Assembly: GCF_964355755.1 (NCBI RefSeq)
Contig: NC_092678.1
Location: forward strand, 23,639,365 to 23,703,364
From: Antedon mediterranea
Lineage: Eukaryota > Animalia > Echinodermata
Direction: 5' to 3'
DNA: 64,000 nt
A program made the position numbers and the translations under genes. Below are positions 11,091-25,700 of the stretch, piece after piece (the first letter of the stretch is position 1; each line of letters begins with the position of its first letter). A model generated the notes under the pieces. It was not told the origin of the DNA. It saw only the letters and a program-made list of their open reading frames with translations, and did not search any database.

Positions 11091-11771
11091 TTAATTTATT
11101 TTTTCAGTTAAAACATGTTTAGCACATTTATACATTTTATCTATGTTCTAAACAAGGACAAAAAAGTTTGTTAAAATTAAAAGCACACTAGGTATAAATT
11201 CATGTTAATAGCAACAATTTTAGAACCCTAATCAATTGCACTTCTAACTTAAACAATACTGCTAGTTTTACAATTAGAATAAACTTTGGTATCTCAAATC
11301 TTTATTACATTTATTAAAATAGACAACTATACGTAAAGATACATCTAAACTGAAATAAAACTATACTATTGTATTAAACCTAGTGAAATAGGGTCTGGCT
11401 ATGGAATATACAAGAAATTAGGGGTGAAATTATGTGAACCAACCATGGATATCAAAATCACCTCTCTGAATTTAATCTAAATTAGGGGTAGGATTATTTT
11501 TTAGCATAGGATTATCTTAGGTCAAATACTGTAATAAAAATAAATAGGAAAATAAAGAGTGTAATTTCTCAATGCTAGTATCTACAACTAATGTCAACTA
11601 ATGTCAATCTAGATCACATTATAAGGCACACCTTATACACAATAAACAAAATCATTATCATATATATACTCACATAATTAATAAGCTGCTTATTATGTAA
11701 TTTTGTAAATAGTATTCTATTATACTGTAGTTACTTAGTACTTTTACTACTACGTCTAGGGTATCGAGTAT

Positions 11772-13167
11772 GTTAGGGACTTTTTAAAATGGGGACAATG
11801 TAAGGGATTATCCAGATAGGGGACAATGTAAGGGACTATTTAAAATGGAGACAATGTAAGGGATTATCCAGATAGGGGACAATTTAAGGGACTATCCAGA
11901 TTGGGAACAATGTAAGGGACTATCCAGATTGGGAACAATGTAAGGGACTATCCAGATAGGGGACAATGTAAGGGACTATCCAGATTGTGGACAATGTAAG
12001 GGACTATCCAGATTAGGGGACAATGTAAGGGACTATCCAGATTGTGGACAATGTAAGGGACTATCCAGATTGTGGACAATGTAAGGGACTATTTAAAATG
12101 GGGACAATGTAAGGGATTATCCAGATATCGGACTATGTAAGGGACTATCCAGATTGGGGACAATGTAAGAGACTATCCAGATTAGGGGACAATGTAAGAG
12201 ACTATCCAGATTGTGGACAATGTAAGGGACTATCCAGATTGGGGACAATGTAAGAGACTATCCAGATTGGGGACAATGTAAGGGACTATCCGGATTGGGG
12301 ACAATGTAAGGGACTATCCAGATTAGGGGACAATGTAAGAGACTATCCAGATTGTGGACAATGTAAGGGACTATCCAGATTGGGGACAATGTAAGGGACT
12401 ATCCAGATTGGGGACAATGTCAGGGACTATCCAGATTGGGGACAATGTCAGGGACTATCCAGATTGGGGACAATGTCAGGGACTATCCGGATTGGGGACA
12501 ATGTCAGGGACTATCCGGATTGGGGACAATGTCAGGGACTATCCGGATTGGGGACAATGTAAGGGACTATCCAGATTGGGGACAATGTGAGGGACTATCC
12601 AGATTGGGGACAATGTAAGGGACTATCCAGATTGGGAACAATGTAAGGGACTATCCAGATTGGGGACAATGTAAGGGACTATCCAGATTGGGGACAATGT
12701 CAGGGACTATCCAGATTGGGGACAATGTAAGGGACTATCCAGATTGGGGACAATGTCAGGGACTATCCGGATTGGGGACAATGTCGGGGACTATCCGGAT
12801 TGGGGACAATGTCAGGGACTATCCAGATTGGGGACAATGTCAGGGACTATCCAGATTGGGAACAATGTAAGGGACTATCCAGATTGGGGACAATGTAAGG
12901 GACTATCCAGATTGGGGACAATGTAAGAGACTATCCAGATTGGGAACAATGTAAGGGACTATCCAGATTGGGGACAATGTAAGGGACTATCCAGATTGGG
13001 GACAATGTAAGGGACTATCCAGATTGGGAACAATGTAAGGGACTATCCAGATTGGGGACAATGTCAGGGACTATCCAGATTGGGAACAATGTAAGGGACT
13101 ATCCGGATTGGGGACAATGTAAGAGACTATCCAGATTGGGGACAATGTAAGGGACTATCCGGATTGT
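11772..13167. repeat. 28-bp minisatellite (ggggacaatgtaagggactatccagatt)n, ~50 copies
   Basis: Directly visible. Confidence 0.97.
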
Positions 13168-13965
13168 GTAATATTTAAAACGATAAATACATCATGCAAA
13201 TTTTATAAGAAGCATGGTATTAATGCTTTGGAAGAGAACATCATTTCAACCTGAGTTTCACATTGCCCATTTATATAACCTTAGCCAAACAATAACAAGC
13301 CTGTTATTTTCAATATTATTTGACAGGACATGCTAGCATCTTTTTAACCTAACTACTAAATGAGATATGGTAATGTATGGATGTATAATACTATGATTTA
13401 TCTATTTCGCTTAATTTGATTCTCTTTCTAATTATATTTTTTTTAAATACATACAAGTCTACAATTAACTGCTGTTTGATATACAACAAATTTTTTTTTG
13501 CGCTGACAGTTATTAATAATAATCATAATTTTCATCAATATTAACATCAATAATGTTCCTGTAATAAAATACCTTTCTTTCAAGTTATAAACATACTTGA
13601 TATTGTGAAGCTAGGGAATTAGTAGACTTTGGATCACATTAAGCATTTCAACCATACTTTACTTAATTTATCTTGGAATTTCAGTCACTGATACATACAG
13701 GACACTCTAAACCCTGTTTCTCACTTGCACGTCACATCTGGTATAATTTTCAGCACATATTCATTCACATTAAAATGTATTTACAGTGAATGAAAATGTC
13801 TGAGAAAACAGTAAAAAAAACTGAACACTTGAATGCACACCAGTGCCCTTTAATCGCAAAACATCAACCTCTCGTAAAGCAAGATGGCGACTATTATTCC
13901 TGGGCAGGTTGCGTCAGGTGATCTGGCTGATACTGCATCATTTTGTTACAATAAGTTCTTCACGC

Positions 13966-14007
13966 CTACAGCGTAACACTCTGGATATCTCCTACTGTGA
14001 CGACACT
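13966..14007 (-). other. Candidate downstream or alternative terminal exon of ERC (SVVTVGDIQSVTL* if spliced from exon 14), followed by a probable long 3' UTR
   Basis: Strong acceptor gttttctttctctttttag at 14008-14026; short open phase-0 frame; no other gene recognised nearby. Confidence 0.45.
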
Positions 14008-14112
14008 CTAAAAAGAGAAAGAAAACACAGGCTTTGTTTTAAATTTCAATTAATATTTAACAAGAATTATTAAATTAATTTCTTATTGGCAAACTCTTTT
14101 TTGTTGAAGTAA

Positions 14113-14291
14113 TGCCTAGTTCCAACTTGGATGCAATGCAAGGACGTAAGCCCACAATTAAAGTAATCAGACCAATCATAACATGATGGATTACCCAAAC
14201 TGTCACTTGGCCAACCAAGTTGCATTGTGCCTATACCGTTGCATAGCGCCTACGTCGTTGCATAGTTGTGTCAAAGTGGGAAGAAAGTTTA
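14113..14291. mobile_element. MITE family B, degenerate copy
   Basis: Ends gcctagttccaact / agtgggaagaaagttt resemble the copies at 45826 and 48730; internal gaccaatca motif. Confidence 0.5.
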
Positions 14292-16660
14292 AACAAAAAC
14301 TGAAAACTAAACAGCAAATTAACAGTTGTTGCTGTTAAAGTAGTCACATCATCATGTCAGAGATGAGATGAGGAGGATAGTGTAACATTTGTGTGCAGCT
14401 TTTGGGTTCAATAGCATTGGAGTAATTCACACACATGCTATGGCAGCAGGTGATGACAGTGTGGTGTTGAAGATCATCAGAGGTGGATAACAAATACAAT
14501 ACATTAGACAGCTGCGAATGACCCAATTATGAGGTTTGACATGGGTAATGAGATGGCACTCGTACATGGACGTAAAGATGTCTTATAAGAATGATTTCAA
14601 TCTATAATAAAACAGGTGTTGATAGGGAAAATCATGGAGTTTCGATGGGTTACTGGTAAAACTAATCATAGAAGTTGTACTATTAAAAGTAAAGTCTAGC
14701 ATGTTATGATATGCACATTACCGGTTACCAGTAACTTATAAAATTGAAATAAATCAGTTTCAATTTTAGCATGTTATGTTATGTACATTATAGGTTACCA
14801 GTAACTTACTAAATTGCGTGGTTGTTTTAAAAATAAGTGGAGCTATAATGAAGGTTTATATTTTATTTATAATAAGCAATAGAAATGTTAGACCCAAAAC
14901 TACCCTTTAGGCACAGGACTGTCCACAATTAAGAATTGACCAAATGACCAGAGGGGATACGGTGTCTCTTGACCTAGGACAGTATTTTTATCAATTAGAC
15001 TCTGCCCTTCATTACAAATCTTACTGCAGCTTGGATAACTCACTCCATCTATCACAAGTGTTGCTATTATTTCTTTAATTTGAATAAATATTCCCTAGCG
15101 AGGGTGAAGTACACAGGGCAAATGAGATAGCCTTTCTACCACATAAGTGGACATCAGGACTTTGCTTTGTCCACCTGCATGCCCTAAGGTCCAAAAACAG
15201 ATGACCATCTTATCATGATTGACCGTCAGAATGTTAGGAATCTTCAAGAGAGTTGGATAATTGTGTAAAATCAACACTTGCAAATATCGATAACAGTACC
15301 ATCATAATTTTTAAAGCGATACTAGAAAACGTTAATAGTGGTACCTGATGCTGACAGGACATTCCTGATTAATACTTAACAAGGGTTAGGGTTATAATAT
15401 CAAAGGTGGATGGATATCTAACCTATCAAAAAAAACAGCTAAACATTTTATTCATCAAAACTCCTATAGCATGCAATAATCAGCGTGGAAACGATGGACA
15501 AAATTAGCTATTTCTTTCCCACATAATTGAAGTAAAAAAGATAAACACAGTACTGTATTATCAAATAAATAAAACCGTTTTGAATTTATCTATATCACAG
15601 ATATACCAAAGATATCGAATGAAGTGCAGACTGGTTCTACTCTTGACAAAATAGAAGTGACAGGAGATTAATTAGCTTGACTTGTATACAGTTTTATTGA
15701 TACTAGAGTAGAATATTAGCAAATGTTAATTTTTGATACTCAATACGATAACATAATTAATACCATACTATGTAAATGATAGGTAGAGTTCAAATATGTT
15801 TTACATATTTAACATTCTTATCATAACCCTATAAATTTGACATTCCAAATTGAATGAGATACTGATACTTTATACAGGTTGTTAAATATTATTTTGTGTT
15901 GGTGAATTTGCCATGACAGGTGATAGGAACGTGTTTCTGCCTCAACGACATTACTAATATAAAGTAAAGAAAAAAAGAAAGAAAAAGGTCTACTTTTTAA
16001 AATACAAAAACAATTGAAATGATTTTGTATATAAAACAGAAAACGGCCAGTGGTTGCGACAGCAAGACAAGGACACATTAAAAGAGAGTGTTTTAAAAGT
16101 TGTATCCGAAACATAATTCATATCTCATATCCACACTATTATCGCTCATTGCTAAACACCAATTCCTGTCCACAACCAGCTGCTTTTATGCTTTATCCAA
16201 TTTCCTGATTAAAACATGTTAGATTCAGTACAACCATGTTAAAGTTCATGTAAAAGGCTTGCTGTACATTTTCTTACATCTGTGCTGCTTAAAAAACTCG
16301 AGACAAAAGACGCCAACTCGTAAAACGTTGACGAACAGCGATAGGTTGAACAATCTATACAGGACACTCCCTGGGACTTGGTCTAGTCTAAACAGTTATT
16401 GATCTTAAACCAAATGAAATTTGAATCATAATCTATTAATAGAACAAATATACGTTTTGAAATAATATTCTTGTTTCGAACCAAAGAGTTTTCAATAATT
16501 AGAAACAGATTTAAACTTCTTTATATGCATTTTTGCTGAAAGACAACATTAGTAAATATTATGTTGTTTTTATATAAATCCTGCAAGTGCTTCACATTAT
16601 TACCGCATTGGATCAAACACGTATGGAAACATACTCTTATAATGTTGACCTTACTAAGTA

Positions 16661-16712
16661 TACCCATTTGTACACCTGGGTAGAGAGAAGCAAACGCAAG
16701 TTAAGTGTCCTT
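16661..16712 (-). mobile_element. SINE central-domain fragment (CORE-like)
   Basis: Minus strand aaggacacttaac...ctctctacccaggtgtacaaatgggta. Confidence 0.5.
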
Positions 16713-19677
16713 ATATTTTCAATATATAGCAGCTTGTGAAATGTGGAGATTGCACAACAAATCAGAGAGCTATATTATTCTGTCCTTGCATATTACTGTA
16801 TGTCTTACAATATATGCTCTATGAAGAAGATATTTGGGAACACTAACGTTGTACATTTATTCTGTTGCATGAAGCATTTGCCAGGAATGAAACAAGTCAA
16901 GTAAAACAAAGCAATTCTATGAATCATTGTCTGAGTACAAAAACAACAGGCATCAATCATTATTAGGATATACATATATAGTATCAAAGGAGAATAATGT
17001 AATGTACTAATAGAAACCACTCCTTATACATTTCACAACAAGTGATAACTTCCCGTTGAATAATGAAATGACAGCTGGCTTTAAAAATATACATTATCAA
17101 AACAAACGGTACTCTCCTACTTACAGAGAAATAAAGCAAAATACAGTAATATATTACAGTTATACAGTTTTACAGTTATATATGTACAGACAACAAACAA
17201 ATCATATTCTCCTACTTACAAAGAAATGCAGCAGTATTATAATTTGTATTGTGTTTATTGTTTTATGTTTTTAAGGGTCCTGCGAAAACAGAATTGTAAA
17301 CTTCTTTATGCAGGATCCTTGCCATCATTTATGCTATGAAACTATATTTATAAACGATGAGTAAATAAATGTGAATTAAATTGAATATAACTGTATGGAC
17401 AGGCAGTTTATTGGGATCATGGTATTTTGTTTATTCGATTAAATCTTATGGAAGAAAACTTTAAAGTATGGCCTACATACAGACAATAACAAACAAACTG
17501 TATTATCATACTTACAAAGAAATACACCAATAATATAATATATATATAACTTTATGGACAGAAAGTGTAATGGGATCATGGTATTTTATTTATCGTATTG
17601 GATCTTATAGAAGAAAACTCTAAAGTATGGCCTACATCCAGACAACAAATTGACCGATTTTAGCTTTTAAAACTGTCAGTTTCATTTACCGGTATTGTGT
17701 GGTTTCATGTTCTAAATTTGTCAAAAGTTAGCACTGAAGTGTAGCCTAATTTCCTGGCCATTCACCAGCAAGATTGTAGTCAATAAAAGTTGGTGTTCTG
17801 CTGGGACTAAACATGCATACTTGGCACCTTTTATATTGATTTACTAGGACATGTACTGTCAAACACATTTATTACAATTAAAGAATTTCAATTCATTGTC
17901 TTAAGAAAATCAGGAAAGCTGTACAATTTAATAACTGTTTGGTATGGGGGGGTACACAGAAAGTTAAACTTTTACTTCTTCATTATCAATACGAATGGTG
18001 CAGTTGCTTGGGTGTTTAGAAAGCTTGCTTACCAATTCCAGGGTTCAAATCTTGTTGAGTTCAAGGATTTATTTTTTTCTTATGGCTAAAAATAGTGCCA
18101 CCTACCATATGTACTGTATGTATGCTAATAAGTTTAAAAAGTCTATAAATTGTCTCTCAATTACCTCCAAAAGAATGTAATTAAAGTTGAAATAGGCAGG
18201 TTGGCTTAAGAACCGGACAGTGTACTTAATCTGCCAGTATATTGTTTTATTAGATGAATCGGTAAATGTTTCTTCTTCGCAATTCGGTTAACGATAACCT
18301 CATCATCAAACTCTAAACATGTGAATTAATGAGATAATCGGATGACCATCAACTGTCAACACGCAACAAATCAATTTTACTGCAAAGGATACAACTTTCT
18401 CAGTAAAACCACAAAATATAACAAATAGTAATATCATAATGTAAAACAGAAGGTTTGAAACTGGCAACTTTGAGAATGAATACCATATAAGGAGGTGACA
18501 CATACAAACAACAATAAACATGCACACTACATATTATGATGAGTAACTATATTAATATTGATACAAGGTTACATGCAGGCCTGAATAAGTCAAAACCAAG
18601 GTCAACACTTCTTATCATTCTACATAAAGGTAATTAACCTATGTATATTGCAACATCATTATGCGTAATTAGGTAAAGTTATAGACCTTTGGTATGATTT
18701 TAAGAACCTGTTCTTATTAACATGGCAAGGCTATCCTTTTATTTACCATTGTTATTATTTCATATCTATGATAATACATATTACAAATGCTATTGAATTA
18801 TATTTATTTAATGAATGGCATATCAAGGATAATAGGTTAATTAAATTAAAGCAATCAACTAAATTGAGTGGTGCTTAATAGCAGTGAATTGTGATATAGG
18901 TGGATTAAGTCATGTCTTCCATGTTGCTGATTTTCATACAAGTCTAAAAAAGTTTTTTTTACTTTTTTAACTCAATGTCTCATTTGAAAGACATTAAATT
19001 CTACCTTACTTATAACCAGAGTCCAAATTAAATGGTTTGCAAAAGTCATTTGACCTACATAATCTGTCTTTTATTAGAATTCAACTAAAATTTATCATTT
19101 CAAAATTATATATATGATGGAAATGATAGATTGTTTGAGATGTCAATGAATGATAAAAATGAGGCAGACTGTGAGTCTTTGATTATAAATAAAAAATGTT
19201 GAATGAAAATTAATTTTTATGTTAAAACCAAAATTAAAGTTTTTGTGAGACTCGACATGGTATAAGCACTATAGGCCTATTGGAAAATTACAAAAAGAAC
19301 GTCAAAATTTGCATAAAGCAAGTAAAACACATAAACATAGCAAAAATGTTGACAGTAAACAATTTACCTACTGGGCATAAATAAAGCTGCTCAAACTACT
19401 TACAATTCATGTATGACAAAAATCAGAATGTACATGTACGATACACTGACAAATTTGCATACAGGAAAATTGTTCAAGAAATAGTGTAAAGGTAAACTAC
19501 AAAATTTACATATTAAAAAGTAAAAAAAATGCAAACATGCGAATACAAAAGTAGCAAAGACTAAAATCAAGAAGTAGACAAGACATTTGCATACAGGTGG
19601 GGAAGGGAAAAACAGCGAAGCAAAAAATCGCTAATTCGTACCATGAGTGGAAGCACTGTTGTGGATATTCTAGTAGT

Positions 19678-19704
19678 TTAGGCCCAAACGCCTTCTTCGT
19701 CATC
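19678..19704 (-). CDS. ERC1: ERC terminal coding exon DDEEGVWA* (RIM PDZ-binding IWA-type motif)
   Basis: ccttcag|GAT GAC GAA GAA GGC GTT TGG GCC TAA. Confidence 0.93.
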   Translation of the reverse strand, partial: DDEEGVWA

Positions 19705-22700
19705 CTGAAGGTCAAAGTTCAGATGCGTAACAAAGAAAAAATATGATAAAAATATATTATAACACACAAAATATGTATGTAATTGTATTTAAATTGTAAT
19801 ATATAATCATTTGAAACTATTATGCAATAAACCTGTGAAAATTAATATTGCAAGAAAAAATTAATCAAATGTAATAACAAAATGCGTAAAAAACATTGCT
19901 CATAATGTTAATAAAATTACAACTGAAACTGTGTCAATGTAAATAAATATGGAAGAATTTAAGACTGTAATTACAGAGCCCTGTTGATAGATTACATAAA
20001 GGAATTATATAGGCCAATGAAAGGTAGAAATCATGTTAACTGGAATTAAATGGAACATTTACCTTCCTCTAAGGGACTATTAAACATGTCATTTATCGCC
20101 GTCATTTTGATGTTCGCCTATTGGCATTTTCTCATATACAAAGATTTTTAAAAATCATTTATAGCTGTAAGGGAACAGTTTGAAATGATACCTGTCGTAA
20201 TGCCTTTGTTGTTTTATTCAATGCCATTTTAAACTAGTTCAAACAATTAGTAGATTTACGATAATATTCTGGTGGCTTCAAAACTGTTTCTACTGACAAG
20301 TATTACTGTATAATCAATTTATGATTAATGTATTTATCCAGCATGAAATCAAAGGGACTTGCTATGGGTGAGCGCTTTTCTCTTTTTGACAGATAAAAAT
20401 GGAATAACAGTATCAACTATGTTTTATGTATTTTGACAGACTACCCCTGTAATAAATCCTAGATCAAAGAGTATAAATTATAAGATACAGAAATTGTATT
20501 TAATATTTTTTCCAAGGCCTAATTCTATTTACCAGTAGGCCTACGAAGCTCAATTTGAACGCATTCGAGTGGCAACGTGCTATCAACCGTGTAGTGTAAC
20601 CGGAAAGTATCATTGAAAGATCTCATATTCCCCACTCTTTAATCATCCATAAGGATTTTTGTTACACATCATTAAAATACATAGTAAAATACTCCAGTAT
20701 AATGTTTGTCAAACATGGCCTGGTTTGTAATTTGACACTCGGAAATATTTTAAAATCAATTCACTTAAACCATCTGATGTCATGTTTCACTGAATATGGA
20801 CAGAAATAAAGTAATTTTTACGAGTGACAAATTAAACTATAAACCACAAAATGTTCTTGTCGTAAAAGAAAGGGATCAAAATATCATATAAATTAAAATA
20901 TAAAATTGTAAACGCTAAATATAAAGTCGGTTATTTTACATATTTCTGATTCTCATGGGCAACATAAACACAAAATCTTGAAACTTGATAACATGCTCAA
21001 GGGGTCATAGGTCATAGTATGGTGTAATGAAAAAAACAGAATAAAGACTTGTACAAATTGACGTTGATGTTTGGTACAAGGGATACAATGTCACAGTGCG
21101 TATAGCATCTGTTCTCTACATGATTTATCTTCTAACAGCTATAGCCCAAACTAAACGTACAATACAAGCAACAATGTTAAAACATTTTAACATGGAAACT
21201 ATTGTGTTTCTCTTGTGCGCACCATACTGCAGTCTTTGTGGGATTGAGACAATCCAGTCAAACTGGCTGTGAACAAGAGTGCTACATTATTTGTTCGTTC
21301 TCAATCACAGTAAAAACTTTTTATAGTGTGCAAACTGTACATTTTTCAGAACTTACCAAAAATATGGAATTTTCAAAATTCTTTTGCAACTTAATATTGT
21401 GCATTTGATCTATTTCTTTTAATGTTGTGTGTGATACCAGTGCTATGTTACTTTTAGGGTAATAAATACATTTAATTTTACAGACCAGTAAAATTGAGGC
21501 AAGCCATTATAATTCAATATTTCAAACTTTATTTGTTCATCTTAAAGAATGAATAATAAATGTTCATTTAAAAAATAAAATAAAATGTACAAACCTGTTC
21601 TGGAGATAATGATTTTAAATCTTGTGCAATTAAGTTCTCACTTTCATTCAGGGAATGTAAACGTTTAACACATCGCTGGGTCTGGAAAAAGTAATATAAG
21701 AAAACAAAACAACATATTAAGTAAAGTAAATTACTAAATATATCATATGGGTAGTTTATTTTTTATTTTATTTCAACTTTATTTATAGAGGGTAACCCTT
21801 CCAGCTGAACCCGCAGGCCAGCTGATATTCAGGGGCCCTCTTGAAAATGACAAAATATATAAAACTATACTTAACTAATACGAATCTACTATATACAATT
21901 AAATTTAAAACTGAGGTAGTAACCTCAGACTTACCAATTCTCTCAAAGTAATGAATATAGTTTGGCAAAGAGAAGTACAATATATATTTTTTAATTAAAA
22001 AGAAAAGAATCTTTATTGATGTTTTAACAATTAAGAAACAGCCAACCACTTATTTTCACCAAAGTTTCTGAATTTCAAACTATCATTGTCTACATTTTAC
22101 ACTCTACAAACTTTATGTGACAATAAAATGTGATTGTCCATATATGGACATGATGATGTCATATCACTACCATATTTGGGCATATCACTACTATTTGGGT
22201 ACATCAAACTAGTTTGATAGTGTAAACAGAACTTAAGACAGTAAATAAAAAGTAGGTACAGTAGGGAATCGTGATCAACAGGGAAGCCTAAGATGGCCCT
22301 TGTGGACAAATATCCGCTTTGCTGTTCAGAAAATAAGTTGCAAACGAATGCACTTTAATAAACTAATAACGACCAATGGTAAAACGGAAGGAAACACACA
22401 CTCCTATGGGATTTGCACCAGGATTCTCTACGGACTGAAGACTCTGATAAATCTCTGGTCTTTGACAGTATAAAGTGATGTGGTGAATCATTCATGAAAA
22501 AGCTAAGACAACAAAAAAAAAAAAACCGTTTATGATAACAACATTTTGACAGTTACAGGGTCTTCCCATCACAGGCTAAAACTTTCGGTTTCATAAGAAC
22601 TGGACCCTGAGGGACGGAGAGATTTGGCAATGGCGCTGGACCGCGGGGAGACATGGCCGACGACGTTCACTTAATTATAATACTCAATTGACATTTCAGA

Positions 22701-25700
22701 GCAGTTGTCGCTATCAAAAATTGTTTTAAAATAACGAGTCAGTTTCTGATTCTCAAATTAAACATTTTTTTACAACAGATGGAACAATTTGCTAAAATAT
22801 CTTTATAATAATCATTATGTGTAAATGTGCTACAGACAAATGTATGAATCGAACACAGACTCTTCTGCTTGCTGTAGAGGCACCCTACCATCAGACCTCT
22901 TTCATAGAATCCAGTGAAATAAGAACAAAATATTTTTAAAAGCATTCTTTCACTGAGTATATAGTACTGTAGGCCTACATCAGAGTTGTCTTAATTCATC
23001 TGCTTTATAACTTCCTGACGAAAAACAAATTCTATTGATATAATAAAAGTAACGATAATAAAATTAAGTTGTATGTTAGAATGAAAACAATTTGTTCTTC
23101 TAAAACTAAAACAACTGAAATGGTAAAAACATTCACTGTAGTAGTTTCATAGCGGCATACACGTTTCCTGCTATTCCAGTTTACACAAGTCTCTAGCTAC
23201 GCTAAGATCATCTTGATGAAATTAGAGATTAAACGCACTGTATCATGTTCTACAATTTGTTATTTGTCAAACATGTTTTCTTTATATAATACACACATGA
23301 GGGAGTGCACACAGGAAAGAAATCCCGTCCCCACTAAATTAACCACTTTTTGGAAATGATGATGGGATAAATTAGCAATCATGTAAAAATATTGATCGAG
23401 GTGAATAGAAAATGTTGATAATTATTGCGAGGAATGGCGGTATTTATGGACAACATTCTTTCTCTCTCTCATGTCTACTCGAATCCTTCAGCAAGCAATT
23501 TCAACAAAACATGACTTCCTTTCCTTCAACTTCCTCTTGCGAACCCCAATGTGTACCCAGAGGAGTTGGCCTAGTCTGTGAGAAAATACTGTGCTGTACA
23601 CCCTGGAAATAGGCCTCGTTCAGTAGCACGTTTTTTTATAAATACAGGTTGTATAGGCCTAGATATTATAGTCGTATGTTATACTGAATGAAAAGGTCAG
23701 TTACAGTGTTGGCTATAGAAATAACTTTTAAATAGGTTTAAATATTGGTATTAGTATAGAAACTTTTAGAAGTTTGGCAAACAGGTTTAGCTAGCAAGGT
23801 ATGCCATTATTTGTAATGTAAGAAAACCATTAAAAAGACAGCAATCTAATTTATTAAATAGCTATTTAAATAAAAACTTTAAAAAAAAAAATATTACCAA
23901 AGTGCGAGTAGTTTTACATTTGGGTGAGAAAATACACTGGTTCTTGGTATAACATTTACAAATCATGAAACTTATCACGGTCTAAGTTTCTAGCTGTAGG
24001 CTTAAGCCGAAACTCATCTCTCCCTCAAGGCGACTCTTTTCTCTGACCGCCAAACGAGTTTCGTTTTCTTTCTAAGCGCAATAAAAAAAACTTTGGCTAA
24101 TTACTTGCCATTTGAGTGAGTTTCAAGGTAAACAGAAGGATCCAAGAATTCTTTCCTGCCAATTAATCATTAATGAATATTTTGTTGGCCCATGGTCAAC
24201 TGATTACTTTGAAGTATATTGTACTTTTATCTATCATCCCAACGTGATGTGCTCGTCATTTGAAAGTAATGCAATTATGTTTATGAACATTGTTCATGAA
24301 AATGTTTGTTCTACGAGGAAGTACTGTGGGCATTCCAAATAAAACCATTGGCAACAAAAAAATAATAATTCTGGTTTAATAAATCAGATTTAACCATGAT
24401 ACCAAATCTAATAAAGCACTATGACTTTATGATATGAAGTTGTGTTTGAATAAAGGTCTGTCTACACTATCAAACTTTATGTGACAACAAAATGTGATGT
24501 GCCCATATATAGACACGATAATGTCATATCACTACCATATTTGAGCATATCACTACAATATTTGGGCACATCACAATGTTGTTGTCAAACTAGTTTGATA
24601 GTGTATACAGAGCTTTGGAGATTATTAAATCAAATTAAACTGTTATTTTCATGTGAATAAATCAAGTCTGGAATGAGATTCTGTATGTCGCATATAACAA
24701 TGATACATATTAAAATACATGGAATTAATTCACAATTGGCATAGATTTGCTACTAAACCAAATAATGGAAATGAAACCAGTATAAACTGTCATTTTATAC
24801 AGTAGGATTTCAAAAATAGCACAGTTATATTATACAATGACATTTGATGGGGTCATTTTAAGGGCCAAGAGACAACCATAAGAACACATCACCAAGAGAC
24901 ATTACTGTATAAAATCAAAGTAAAGTGATAGAGTGTGGCCTGTTACTTTCAAGCCAATATTGTATGTTTAGGTTTCAAGTGATTCCTGACATGTTCAGTT
25001 TGGTTATAGATACCTTATTAATGCTATGATGACAGATATGTTAAGTAAACCATAATCAAAGATTTTGAGTAGATTTTGTATAAAGGCAACATCAAGGTTG
25101 AGGACAGTAATAAAGTATAATATATCAATGAAAAGTGTTAACAGGAACAGTAGTTTAGTACAGTATTAAATTTAAGGGTCCTTAAATGGTCTTCTGATGA
25201 TTGTTTTTGTTATTGTCAATCAATCTATCAATCAATCAATCAATTCACTATAAAGCTGTATACACCCAGATCCAACAAGTTTTACTTACTTACTTATTTA
25301 ATGTAATATAGATAGATGTTATAGAAATAAGGATTAAAATTCCAGCCATTTATAGAAAAAAAAAAGCTCTCTTGACGGTTATATATGACAAGACCAGTTA
25401 TATTGTCAGAATACTAATGATAAAGTCAATTGACATTTGTACCCAAGCACATCAACACTATCATGCATCACTAACAACATTTCCAGAAATGTCACTTTAC
25501 CACTAAAAAATGTCACTTAATCATTAAATCGGACATGATAGTTTATTATCATGTCTTAGATAATAAATAAGGGAAAGATTGAGTTGTCAGAAGATAGATG
25601 TACTGCAGGTCAACCATGTTGCAGCTTGTTGCCATGTCAACCTGTACTGGATATTAAGCACTGGGTCAATTGGGGATACTGAAATATCCTGGCTGATAAA

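Noticed and set aside
12354-12926. ORFs in the 28-bp array
   Set aside because: Minisatellite translation; the period is not a multiple of three and stops are frequent.
15025-15048. 24-nt AG/GT-flanked segment downstream of ERC
   Set aside because: Stop codon in phase 0 and no compatible neighbouring exon identified.
20063-20068. 6-nt candidate microexon (AGG AAG, RK) before the VWA exon
   Set aside because: It has tag| and |gtaaat flanks and keeps frame, but is too short to tell from chance without reads.
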